From Mobula hypostoma (Eukaryota): DNA of 64,000 bases. Made by a program: the position numbers and the translations under genes. Under the pieces are notes generated by a model that was not told where the DNA came from, did no database searches, and worked only from the letters and a program-made list of their open reading frames with translations. Below, piece after piece: positions 47,604-58,354 of the stretch; the stretch's first letter is position 1; each line of letters starts with the position of its first letter. The DNA lies in contig NC_086097.1 of the NCBI RefSeq assembly GCF_963921235.1, positions 152,150,001 to 152,214,000 of the forward strand, read 5' to 3'.

Positions 47604-50080
47604 TGGGCTTCACATTCTGCCCATGAGAAGACCCCAAGGGCAGAAGACTGCAAAGAGGCTGAATGTCTCCAAGCTGAAAAGCAGCAGGGTTGCAGAAGAA
47701 TTCGTCGATGACCTTGAAGGCAGACTGCTAGACGCACCACAGGATGACGGGACCAGCGTTGAGGAACAGAGCCTTCAGAGACGCTGTCTACACTACCGCC
47801 CTCGAACATCTCGGACCAGCAACCCAAAGAAACCAAGACTGGTTCGATGAGAATGATGAAGAAATACAGGCACTACAAACGGAGAAACATCAACATTACA
47901 GAGCACATCAGAATGACCCCACGTCGCTAGCCAAAAAAGATGCCTTTACCAACGCAAGAAGAAAGGTGCAGAAAAAACTTTGCGAGATGCAGGACAGCTG
48001 GTTCAGCAAGAAGGCTGATGAAATCCAGGGCTATGCAGACAGCCACGACATAAAGCGCTTCTACGATGCGCTTAAGGCTGTATACGGACCCCAGTCCTCC
48101 GGCTCCTCACCCCTCCTCAACGCAGATGAGACGCAGCTGCTGACAGAGAAGAAGCAGATTCTGGATCGGTGGTCTGAGCACTTTAACAACGTCCTTAACC
48201 ACCCTGCCGACATCAACAACGAGGTCATTGCCCGCCTGCCCCAGGTAGAGATCAACAAGAACCTCGACACCCTCCCAACAGTAGATGAAGTCAGGAAGGC
48301 AGTGAAGCAACTCTCCTGTGGCAAAGCACCAGGACCCGATGCAATCCCTGCTGAGGTATACAAAGCAGGAGGCCCTGTCATGATGCAAAAGCTGACTGTA
48401 CTCTTCCAGTCCATGTGGAAAAAGGGACAGGTCCCGCAACAGCTGAAAGATGCCAGCATAGTCCACATCTACAAGAGGAAAGGCAACCGCCAGTCTTGCG
48501 ACAACCACCGAGGCATCTCCCTCTTGTCCATTGCGGGGAAGATTCTGGCCCGCGTCCTGATCAACCGCCTTCTCCAACATCTTGAGCAAGGTCTGCTCCC
48601 AGAAAGCCAGTGCAGCTTCCGTGCTGAACGTGGGACTGCAGACATGATTTTTGCTGCGCGCCAACTCCAAGAAAAATGCCAGGAGCAACACAGCGACCTC
48701 TTCGTGACCTTTGTCGATCTAACCAAGGCTTTTGATACGGTCAGCAGAGAAGGCTTGTGGAAGATCATGGAGAAGTTTGGCTGCCCCAGCAAGTTCATCA
48801 CAATCGTCCGGCAGTTCCACGACGGTATGATGGTGAAAGTTCTGGATGACGGTGACGAGTCGGAGGCCTTCCCGGTGACAAATGACGTCAAACATGGCTG
48901 CGTTCTTGCCCTGACTTTGTTCAGTATGGTATTCTCTGCCATGCTGACAGATACCTTCCGTAACTACGAAGAAGGAATCCACGTCAGGTACAGGACTGAC
49001 GGCAGGTTGTTCAACCTTGGGTGCCTGCAGGCAGTTACGAAGGTGCAAGAGACTGTCATCAGAGACTTCTTGTTTGCTGATGACTGCGCACTCAACACCA
49101 GCACAGAGCAGGAGATGCAGCGTGAAATGGACTGCTTCTCACAAGCCTGCGACAACTTCGGACTCACTATCAGCACCAAAAAGACCGAAGTTAGGTACCA
49201 GCTTGCCCCAGGAAAGCCATACCAGGAGCCGCGCATCACGATGAAGGGCCAGAACCTCCAGGCAGTCGACAACTTCACCTACCTGGGCAGCATACTCTCT
49301 CATACAGTGAACATAGACGCTGAGGTCAACAACAGGATCGCCAAAGCCAGCGCCGCCTTTGGGAGACTCCGTGAGAACGTCTGGGAGCGGAGAGGACTCA
49401 GCCTTACCACCAAGCTGAAGGTCTACTGTGCAGTGGTCCTTACCACCCTCCTTTACGCCAGCGAGACCTGGACTGTCTACAGCAGACACGCCAAACAGCT
49501 CAACCACTTTCACCTGAGCTGTCTCCGCAGACTCCTCTACATCAGGTGGCAGGACAATGTCCCTGACACGGAAATCCTGGAACGAGCTGGGCTCTGCAGC
49601 GTCCACACCCTCCTGCTGAAAGCCCAAGCCAGGTGGGCTGGACATGTGGTCAGAATGCCAGACAGCCGATTGCCTAAGCAGCTACTGTACGGAGAACTGT
49701 GTCAGGGCAAGCGCTCAGTCGGGGGGCAGAAGAAACGTTACAAAGACTGCCTCAAAGTGTCCCTCAAAGGCCTGGGTGTCGACATCAACACGTGGGAGAC
49801 GCTTGCCCTCGACCGTCCAGCTTGGCGCAGCAAGATCACCACAGGAGCCCGTGCAGCTGAAGTCAGGCGCATCATTGAGGCGCAACGAAAGCGTGCTGTG
49901 CACAAGGCCCGAGCAGCATCCACTGCCATGACAGCACCCACCCACTTGTGTCCCACATGTGGGAGAGCCTTCAGGGCCCGGATTGGCCTCATCAGTCATC
50001 TCCGGACCCACAGCCACCAATCTCCCATTTGACTTTGAAGCCATGGTCATCTTCGACTACGAAGGACGAACAACAACAAC
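47604..50080 (+). mobile_element. RTE-clade LINE (BovB/RTE-1-like), 5'-truncated, young
   Basis: Long open RT frame, short 3' UTR and (CAA)n tail. It splits the CR1 motif gaggtgtataagat, with ATA on both sides. Confidence 0.93.
47744..50032 (+). CDS. RTE ORF remnant: reverse transcriptase plus C-terminal C2H2 zinc finger (762 aa open; APE missing)
   Basis: GKAPGPDAIPAE, NHRGISLLSIAGKILAR, FVDLTKAFDTV, LFADDCAL, FTYLGS, RWAGHVVRM, CPTCGRAFRARIGLISHLRTH. Confidence 0.85.
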   Translation: MTGPALRNRAFRDAVYTTALEHLGPATQRNQDWFDENDEEIQALQTEKHQHYRAHQNDPTSLAKKDAFTNARRKVQKKLCEMQDSWFSKKADEIQGYADSHDIKRFYDALKAVYGPQSSGSSPLLNADETQLLTEKKQILDRWSEHFNNVLNHPADINNEVIARLPQVEINKNLDTLPTVDEVRKAVKQLSCGKAPGPDAIPAEVYKAGGPVMMQKLTVLFQSMWKKGQVPQQLKDASIVHIYKRKGNRQSCDNHRGISLLSIAGKILARVLINRLLQHLEQGLLPESQCSFRAERGTADMIFAARQLQEKCQEQHSDLFVTFVDLTKAFDTVSREGLWKIMEKFGCPSKFITIVRQFHDGMMVKVLDDGDESEAFPVTNDVKHGCVLALTLFSMVFSAMLTDTFRNYEEGIHVRYRTDGRLFNLGCLQAVTKVQETVIRDFLFADDCALNTSTEQEMQREMDCFSQACDNFGLTISTKKTEVRYQLAPGKPYQEPRITMKGQNLQAVDNFTYLGSILSHTVNIDAEVNNRIAKASAAFGRLRENVWERRGLSLTTKLKVYCAVVLTTLLYASETWTVYSRHAKQLNHFHLSCLRRLLYIRWQDNVPDTEILERAGLCSVHTLLLKAQARWAGHVVRMPDSRLPKQLLYGELCQGKRSVGGQKKRYKDCLKVSLKGLGVDINTWETLALDRPAWRSKITTGARAAEVRRIIEAQRKRAVHKARAASTAMTAPTHLCPTCGRAFRARIGLISHLRTHSHQSPI

Positions 50081-50272
50081 ATAAGATAAGGAGAGGCATT
50101 GATCATGTGGATAGTCAGAGGCTTTTTCCCAGGGCTGAAATGGGTAACATGAGAGGCACAGTTTTAAGGTGCTTAGAAGTAGGTACAAAGGAGATGTCAG
50201 GGTTAATTGTTTTACGCAGAGAGTGTTGAGTGCGTGGAATGGGCTGCCGGCAACGGTGGTGGAGGTGGATAT

Positions 50273-50352
50273 TTTAGATTAGATTAGATTAGATTATGAG
50301 GACACTCAGTCCTTGTTTATTGTCATTTAGAAATGCCTGCATGCATTAAGAA
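50273..50352 (-). mobile_element. 80-bp non-LTR 3' stub with (AATCT)n tail and 6-bp TSD
   Basis: GGATAT occurs at 50267-50272 and 50353-50358; (TTAGA)4 on +, AATAAA on minus. Confidence 0.7.
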
Positions 50353-50519
50353 GGATATGATAGTGTCTTTTAAGAGACTCCTGGATAGGCAAATGGACCT
50401 TAGAAAAATAGAAGGCTATGGGTAATCCTAGATAATTTCTAAGGTAAGGGCATATTCAATACAGCTTTGTGTGCCTGTATTGTGCTGTAGGTTTTCTTTG
50501 TTTGTATGTTTCTATGCTT

Positions 50520-50592
50520 AGTATTCTTGAAGCTAGACTTGCAGAGTGTGTATAATCTGGTCCACGTAAAGGAGAACGACGAGCCCAAACAG
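50520..50592 (+). mobile_element. Sushi-like Gypsy RT remnant, right part
   Basis: Translates VFLKLDLQSVYNLVHVKENDEPK, the expected continuation (F.KLDL..AYNLVRI..GDEWK) of LQGARVF at 44328. Confidence 0.75.
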
Positions 50593-51261
50593 TGGTAGAA
50601 GCGGCCCATAGCAATGAGATTTCTCACAAGTTAGCAACTCTTGTTTAAAAGGAGAGCTTCACAGGCATTCAAGCTCATTCCGATGCCCTAATCAGCAGCA
50701 GGAGCGTACCACAGTGACACAGTTTCTCCCGGGTCAGCAATGCTTGTTTAGAAGTATGGAAGGGATATGCAGAGCAGCCATTGTTTGGAGTAGGCCAGTA
50801 GTGAGAGTAGGAGTGTCAGGCTTTGGCTCAAAGGAGGCTTCAGCTCGAAAGAGGCATTGGCTGTGGGTGAGCTTCTGTTAAGGTTCCATTTTTGTTTACT
50901 CTTACCATTCCTGAAGTATTACATAGCTGTTGTGTGTTCTTCATGCCAGATGTTGGAGTCCCAGAGTCTCCTAGGAAACTACATCTGTATGAAGTGTATC
51001 CAGCTGCAGCTCCTTGAAGACTGTGTTAGAGAGCTGGAGCAGCAGCTGGACAATCTTTGGCTTGTACAGAAGAGTGAGGAGATGACCAATCAGAATTACA
51101 AGGAAGTAGTCCCCCCGAAGTTGCAGGAGGCGAGTAGCTGAGTGACTGTCAGGAGAAACAGAAAGGCAAGTAGGCAGTAAGTGGAGAGCACCCCTGTGGG
51201 TATTCCCCTCAATAACTAAGTATATCGTTTTAGGTACTGTTGTGGGGATAGCCTCCTAGCT

Positions 51262-52007
51262 CAGGGGTCCCCAACCTTTTTTGCACTGCGGACCGGTTTA
51301 ATACTGACAATATTCTTGCGGACCGGTCGACTGGGGGGTTGTTCAAGTAGGGTTAAACTCACCTCAACATGTCTTTTACAGTTAGGTTTGCCAACTTTCT
51401 CACTCCCAAATAAGGGACAAAAGTAGCAGTCAAATCCCGGGACACTTTACCACAAAAAGACTACCATGACCATGAAGCCTTGCGCGGGCACTTGTGTGCG
51501 CATGCGCGTACGTGCCAATTTTTTTCCACAAATCAGTTTTGCCTTCATCTTCCCGACAACACTGTACATACATTATTTTTACTTTATATAGGCTGTGTAC
51601 TTATCATATCATTCCTGCTTTTACTATATGTTAGTGTTATTTTCATTTTATGTGTTATTTGGTATGAATTGGTAGGTTATTTTTTTGGGTCCGGGAATGC
51701 TCAAAGATTTTTCCCATATAAATTAATGGTACAGTAATTGCTTCTGCGCCTTACGCCATTTTGGCACGAAAGGTTTCATAGGATCGCTCTACCTTAGCGT
51801 GGGAAATACGGGTCAAGGGCGGTCCCATATGGGACAAACCAAATTAGCCCAATATACGGGATGTCCCGGCTAATACGGGACAGTTGGCAACCCTATGTTC
51901 AAGTTCAACAGTGTGTGACAGGGAATGAGGAGAGGTGCAGCTGACTCGTATCGTTTCCTCGCAGCCCAGTAGCACGTGCTTTGCGGCCCGGTGGTTGGGG
52001 ACTGCTG
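51262..52007. mobile_element. hAT (Charlie-like) non-autonomous element with 8-bp TSD, carrying nested DNA elements
   Basis: TIRs CAGGGGTCCCCAACC / GGTTGGGGACTGCTG; flanks TCCTAGCT and TCCTAGAT match at 7/8. Confidence 0.85.
51348..51895. mobile_element. hAT (Blackjack-like) element nested in the Charlie-like element
   Basis: Ends TAGGGTT.../...GTTGGCAACCCTA; perfect 8-bp TSD TGTTCAAG at 51340-51347 and 51896-51903; subterminal GGGACA repeats. Confidence 0.8.
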
Positions 52008-53164
52008 TCCTAGATGCCTCCAGATGCCACAGAGACTAGGTTACTGGCATTGAGCATGGGCCCGTGATGCAGAAGGGAAAGAGGGAGAAGAGGGGAGGGG
52101 TAGTGATAGGGGGCTCAATAGTCAGGGGAACAGACAGGAGATTCTGTGGAGGTGAACGGGACAGCTGGATGGTATATTGCCTCGCAGGTGTCAGGTGCTG
52201 AAGGATGGTTGTAGTTGGGAGCTGAATGTCCAAGATTAGACATTGTATCGGAGGGATTGGAAGGTTGGCAGAGTGGTTAGCATGGCTCTGTTGGTAAAGA
52301 ATGGCATCAAATTAGTAGAGAAATGTGACATAGGATCAAAAGATGTTGAATCCTTGTAGGTTGAGTTAAGAGACCACAGGGGCAACAGGACCCTGATGGC
52401 CATTATATACAAGCTTCCCAACAGTAGTTGGGATGTGGATCACAGATTACAACAGGAAATAGAAAAGGCGTGGCCAAAGGGCAACAATATGGTAGTCATG
52501 GGAGATGTAAACATGCAGGTTGATTGGGCAAGTCAGGTTGGAAATGGATCTCAAGAGATTTAGGTTATTGGATGCCAACAAGATGGCTTTCTAGAGCAGT
52601 TTTTTTGTTGAGCCTACTAGGGGATCAACTATAATGGATTGGGTATTAAGTAATGAACCAAAGGTCATTAGGGAGGTTAAGGTAAAAGAACCCTTAGGAG
52701 TCAGTGATCCCAATTTGATAGGGAGACAGTAACAGTATTTCAGTTGAGTGAAGGAAATTACAGTGATATGAGAGAGGAGTTAGCCAGAGTAAATTGAAAG
52801 ATGCTGGCAGGGATGACAGCAGAGCAGCAATGGTGTCAGTTTCTAGGGAAAATAAGAAGATGCAGGATAGATGTATTCCAAAAGAAAGAAATACTTAAAG
52901 GGCAAAATATTACAACTGTGAATGATGAGGGAAGTCAAAGTTAATCTAACAGCAAATAACAGGCTATACAACAAAGCAGAAATTAGTGGGAAAACAGAGG
53001 ATTGGGAAGCTTTTAAAACCCTACAGAGAGCAAGTAAAAGAACTATTAGGAAGAAAAAGATGAAATTTGAAAGCAAGCTAGCAAACAATATCAAAGTGAA
53101 TAGTAAAAGCTTTTTCAAGTGTGTAAGAAAAAATAAAAGAGAAATGATAATTGATAGAGGACTT

Positions 53165-54110
53165 TGAATTTGAATTGACTTTACTTACATCCTTCATACA
53201 TGAGGAGTAAAAATCGTTACATTATGTCTCTGTCTAAATGTGCAATGTGCAATTTATAATAATTTCTAATAAATAGTATGTACTAAGGACAGTCAATAGA
53301 AATACAATTGTATCAGCCTGAATTAATCAGTCTGATGATCTGGTGGAAGAAGCTGTCTCAGAGTCTGTTGGTTCAGGCTTTTATGCTGCCGTACCTTTTC
53401 CTGGATGGTAGCAGCTCGAACAGTTTGTGACTGGGGTGACTTGGGTCCCCAGTGATACTCTGGGCCCTTTTTACACACCTGTGTTTGTAAACGTCCTGAA
53501 TAGAGGGAAGTTCACATCTGCAGATGCACTGGGCTGTCTGCACCAACCTCTGCAGAATCCTGCGATTGAAGGAAGTACAGTTCTCATAACAGGCAGTGAT
53601 GTAGCCAGTCAGGATGCTTTCAACTGTGCCCCTGTAGAAAGTCCTTAGGATTTGGGGACCCATACCAAAATCCTTCAACTGCCTGAGGTGAAAGAGGCAC
53701 TGTTGTGCTTTTTTCACCACACACCCGGTATGTACAGACCACATGAGATCATTGGTGATCCAAATGCTGAGGAACTTAAAGCTGTTCACCCTCTCCACCC
53801 CAGATCCATTGATGTCAATAGGGGTTAGCCCGCCTCCATTCCTCCTGTAGTCCGCAACCAGCTCCTTTGTTTTTGCAACATTGAGGAAGAGGTTGATTTC
53901 TTGAGACCACTGTCAGGGTGATAACTTCTCTGCAGACTGCCTCCTTATGATATGAGATAAGGCCAATCAATGTAGTATCGTCAGCAAATTTAATTAACAG
54001 ATTGGAGCTGTGGGTGGCAACACAGTCATGGGTATACAGAAGGAGGGGTCTTAGGACACAGCCTTGAGAGGCACCTGTGTTGAGGGTCAGAGGGGCAGAG
54101 GTGAGGGAGC
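53165..54110 (-). mobile_element. Rex1/Babar fragment
   Basis: ERVNSFKFLSIWITNDLMWS...KKAQQCLFHLRQLK...FYRGTVESIL; tail ttgaatttgaattga on +. Confidence 0.88.
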
Positions 54111-56711
54111 CTTAATAGGGCAAGAAATTGGAAACCTTAATGAGATATGTCAAAGAATGGATGATCTGCTCACTACCAAAACACTTTGTACTTCAATTAT
54201 TTCCTCATGGGGGTATTAGAAATTTATGTCAGTTAACATTTGGTTAGAATTTGAGGAAAGTACCTCCAGTTCACTTAACCCTCAAAACCAGTAACTGCAA
54301 GAAAGCATTCCAATTTTGAGTTGGGAGGAGCATTTTCTTATCTATAGTAGTGTCCTTCGACCACCAATTTACATTTAATGAACCATTATTCGTAAAAGAG
54401 ATGGAGGGAAACTGATTTCACTGACAAGGTTGCCTGTATCCTTGCTTTCAATTTTTTATTTTTTTTCAATATCTATAATTTTGAGGAAGATCTTGAAGAT
54501 CTGTCTGAATTTATGAATAATATAGTCATACATACATACATATATATAATACTCACAGCACAGATTAAGAGAATTTGGCCCGTCATTCCCATACTGGCTT
54601 GAGTGCTATGCTTATTCCCGCAAGCTAATTTTGTCCCCATTCCCAAATCCTCTTGTACTGACCTAATTTCCTTTAAAATTACTTATGGGTTCAGCTTTCA
54701 GGACCTTGCTGGGCTGAGCATTACAGGGACTCTAATAATTTTGTGTGAAAAGATATATCTACAAATATCTCCATTTTCACTCGAGCATCTTTTGCCAGTA
54801 ATTTTAAATATGTAATATCTGTTAATCATTTACAAGTATTCATTGCTAGTGGGCCTCTTTATGATATTTTGCCAAGCTCGCTTTCTAAACACAGCAGCTG
54901 CCATTTGTAAGACCACAAACAGATATAAGTAAACTTCCAACTAGTATTCTTTTGTTTAGCTTCTGGACATAAGCAGGAGTCAGCCTTCAGTTCTTAACAT
55001 GTAAGCAGAAAGCAATAATCTGTTTGAAATTAAATACTGTCTACAGAGCAGTTTTGCAAACAAGCTCTCTGTATAGCAGATGATCTGTCTGCAGACAGTA
55101 ACTGAATTGGATTTCTTGGTACTCAAAACATACAGTATAAGACACTGGGTTACTGAATTTGGGTTGTTTCAAAACAGTCAATGCTGACTAAGTTGCTCAG
55201 TTCAAGGAAACTTGCAGACCACATGGAAACAAACATTTAACTGATCTATTTATGTTAGGAGTTTTATGTATTCATGGAAGTTAGCTTCCAAACATTAATT
55301 GTGAAAATGCATCTCCAAAAAACGTTTAGACTTTGTAAAAAAGGGTATCTGAGGAAATATCATATGCATCTGAAGTCATCCATGTGGTAAAGAAACTGTA
55401 TAAATGTAGCTAGCAGTTCAGGCTCATTAGGAATGGTTAACAAAACATCAAGCAACATGAAAGAAACACATGGTGAGCTAGAACCTACTCCTCTGGCTTC
55501 AATTTCTGTGACAGTTAAATTTGTTCACCTACATTGTTGCTGTGTCTTTTTATTTTACAGGAATTATACCTGTGTTTTGGGAATCCTTTGTGTTCTAGAA
55601 ATGCTTCATGTTTTAGAAATGGTTGGTAATTTGGAAATGTTGACGATAGAAATCCTGTGTGAGTTTTAAATGTGGTTTAAGAATGTTGTTTGGATTTAAA
55701 AATGTATCACGGAAAATAAGTAAACAGAGTTTTAAACTACTTTGTTAAGTGTAAGCATCTTTTCCTTGACAGGAAGAGGGTACTCACCGATCAATAAGTG
55801 GGTATTGGCATCTAAAACTGCCATGGAGAATAACCAGGGAAGTGAACTAGGTTTTGAAGATTGGCCATTTACAGTATAGCCTAGCTTTGCAGAGAGTACT
55901 TGTAGCTATTTACATCCACAGGGCTTAAGGTTTTTGTTTGAGTTTAGAGCTTCATGGTCAACAAACCCAATATCGCAGCTACAAATATATTGTTGGGAAA
56001 AAAAATCAGCAAAGCTATATGGAAAGAGCAGGAGAAAGTCAAACAAGATAATCCTTTCAATGACTCTATACACACACACACAATGGGCCAAATGTTCTGT
56101 ATTCTAATGCCAAACTGGAATCAGTTTTGTGCTGTCATCCCATGTCAATCAGGCATTGAGTTGCATCCAACCAAACTTCACTTAGAGGTTTCAATGTTAT
56201 TTGTCGGCACAGTGATAGACTTAAGTTTTTATGCTCTATAAACAAAGTTCGCAATAATCCCATGTGGTGGCCTGAAGGCATGTATATCAGAAGACTAGTG
56301 ACAATATTCAATTTGACAATACATGGCTAGTCTGAGACCCAACAACAAATGATGAAAGTGATTTAATCCTATTATCAACCTGCTGCAGGGTATATTGCAA
56401 ATGGCTTTCAGAGATTAATTATCTTGCTAAAATATTTGGGTAACCCCATCTCAGAAAAGCTTAAAATATTTCATTAGATGCATCTGTTTTACTGAAGCAA
56501 ATGTAATCCTTCAGAAATGATAAATGTCAAGTTAGTTTTCATTAGATTCTGTCATTTATTTCACTACAGCTGAGGAAATTTATCTCTTGTTAAGAAGCAA
56601 AGTCAAAAGACACCTCTCCCTGTCCAGCTGGTGGATCTCTGCCAGGAAAGCATCAAGGACTGTAGGAGCTGTTTATTCAACAACAAAGGGACAAACATCA
56701 ACTAACAATCA

Positions 56712-57280
56712 CCCATGACTGTGTAGCCAAGTTTCCATCGATCTCAGTGTATAAGTTTGCTGATGACACCACAATTGTAGGCCATATTCGAGTAATGATG
56801 AGTTTGAGTACAGAGAGGAAATTAAGAACCTGGTGGCATGGTGCAAAGACAATAACCTATCCCTTAACTTCAGTAAGATGAAGGAATTTGTTGTTGACTT
56901 CAGAAGGAGTAGCGGACCGCACAACCCCATTTACATCGTGCTGTGCAAGTGGAACAGGTCAAAAGCTTTAAGTTCCTTGGGGTCAATATCACAAGTGACC
57001 TGACTTGGTCCAACCAAGCAGAGTTCACTGCCAAGAAGGCCCACCAGCACCTTTATTTCCTGAGAAAGCTAAAGAAGTTTGGCCTGTCCCCTAAAACCCT
57101 CACTAATTTTTATAGATGCACCATAGAAAGCAATCTTCTAGGGTGCATCACAACCTGGTATGGAAGTTGTCCTGCCCAAGACCGGAAGAAGCTGCAGAAA
57201 ATTGTGAACACAGCCCAGCACATCACACAAACCAATCTTCCGTCCTTGGACTCACTTTACACCGCACGCTGTCGGAGCAG
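56712..57280 (+). mobile_element. Rex1/Babar fragment, same family as 2359-3394
   Basis: VEQVKSFKFLGVNITSDLTWSNQAE...KKAHQHLYFLRKLKKF; aagtttgctgatgac (KFADD). Confidence 0.9.
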
Positions 57281-57510
57281 AGCTGACGTTTTGGGCCGAG
57301 ACCTTTCATTAGGATTGGAAAAAAAGATAAGAATTCACAGTAAGATGGTGGGTGGATGGGAGTGGTAGGTGATAAGTGAAACTGGATAGGGGAAGGTGTG
57401 AAGTAAAGAGCTGGGAAGTTGATTAGTAAAAGAGCTAATGGACTGGAGAAGGGAAATCTGATATGAGAAGACAGGCCATGGAGGAAAGAGAAAAGGAAGG
57501 AACATCAGCT
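57281..57510 (-). mobile_element. Penelope-like 3' UTR fragment with degenerate hammerhead
   Basis: The minus strand reads CTAATGA AAGG TCTCGG CCC AAAAC GTC AGCT, preceded by a pyrimidine-rich UTR. Confidence 0.7.
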
Positions 57511-58354
57511 AGATACTTTGCTACTGATATTATGCCATGATCCATGTTGAAAAATTCATGGATAAAGCATATTGTTAATTGTGATTCCTGTATAGTTAAA
57601 AATCCCCTCCATATTGAGTGCATAGATTCCCACATGAATATCACTAACTTGATCAGGATACAATAACATATTCATTGTACCAGGAAACACAAAGTGTTAG
57701 GAAAGTTTTTCTTCAGATATAGAAAAGTTGTAAGTTAAAATTAGCTGCTGGATCCCGATTTAAATTCATGAATTGTGATAAAATAAACTCTTGGCTTGGC
57801 AACTGTTGTGGCCGTGGAGTAATCATTTTAGTAACCAATCTTACATTGGACTTCATAAAGACAGCAATAATTAATGACTAAGAGTTTGATAATCCAAATT
57901 ACTGAAAAGAATATAAAAAAAGGAATATTTGCCTTTACTGCATAAGTAGTCTGCAGTATTGCCACCAGGTCCTATACTATACAGCACTCTGCAGTATTGC
58001 CTACATGCTTTTGCACATTGTCACGGCGATCAACTCCAACATAATGGATTCTTCACGTGCAGTGTGCAGTAAAGTCCAACATCGAGAGAAGCTGAGAGAT
58101 GATTCATTAACTTGGGGCTCTGGTAACTGCAGCACTGCTCTATCATCAGTGTCTTCCATGGCCTCAGGGAGGCTTCTTTGGATTTCTCATTACCTTATTC
58201 CTCCTCTTCCGCTCTGATTTTCCCCTCCTTTCAGGATCACCTTGGGCAGAATAGTACAAGTTCCTGCCAGGTCTTTGGTGTCTCTGACTAATCATCTTAA
58301 AATCAATGATATTGGTGGAGAAGTAGGTTACTAGACAATACAACTACTTCCAGA

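Larger units (their letters stand above)
44329..50519 (+). mobile_element. CR1 LINE retaining its 5' end (5' UTR, ORF1, ORF2, 3' UTR), with internal deletions and three nested insertions
   Basis: ORF1 AVIGDSIVRG...CFPGARV (SGNH esterase-like), APE (VGDFYFPNIDW, GDIDHN), RT (GNYRPVSFTS, QHGFVKG, YMDFSKAFNKVPH), 3' tail ttctatg. It interrupts the Sushi RT. Confidence 0.93.
50760..53165 (+). mobile_element. Older CR1 5' half (ORF1, APE), interrupted by the hAT composite
   Basis: CSSCQMLE...YICMKCIQLQLLEDCVRELEQQL (zinc finger/leucine zipper of CR1 ORF1); downstream degenerate APE and EDWEAFK...FESKLANNIK. Confidence 0.82.

Noticed and set aside
48061..50050. Several 100-190 aa minus-strand ORFs opposite the RTE ORF
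   Set aside because: These are antisense shadows of a GC-rich coding frame with no independent motifs.
55545..55900. Acceptor-like sites (ttttattttacag, ttccttgacag) followed by short open frames
   Set aside because: No convincing paired donor and no recognisable protein.
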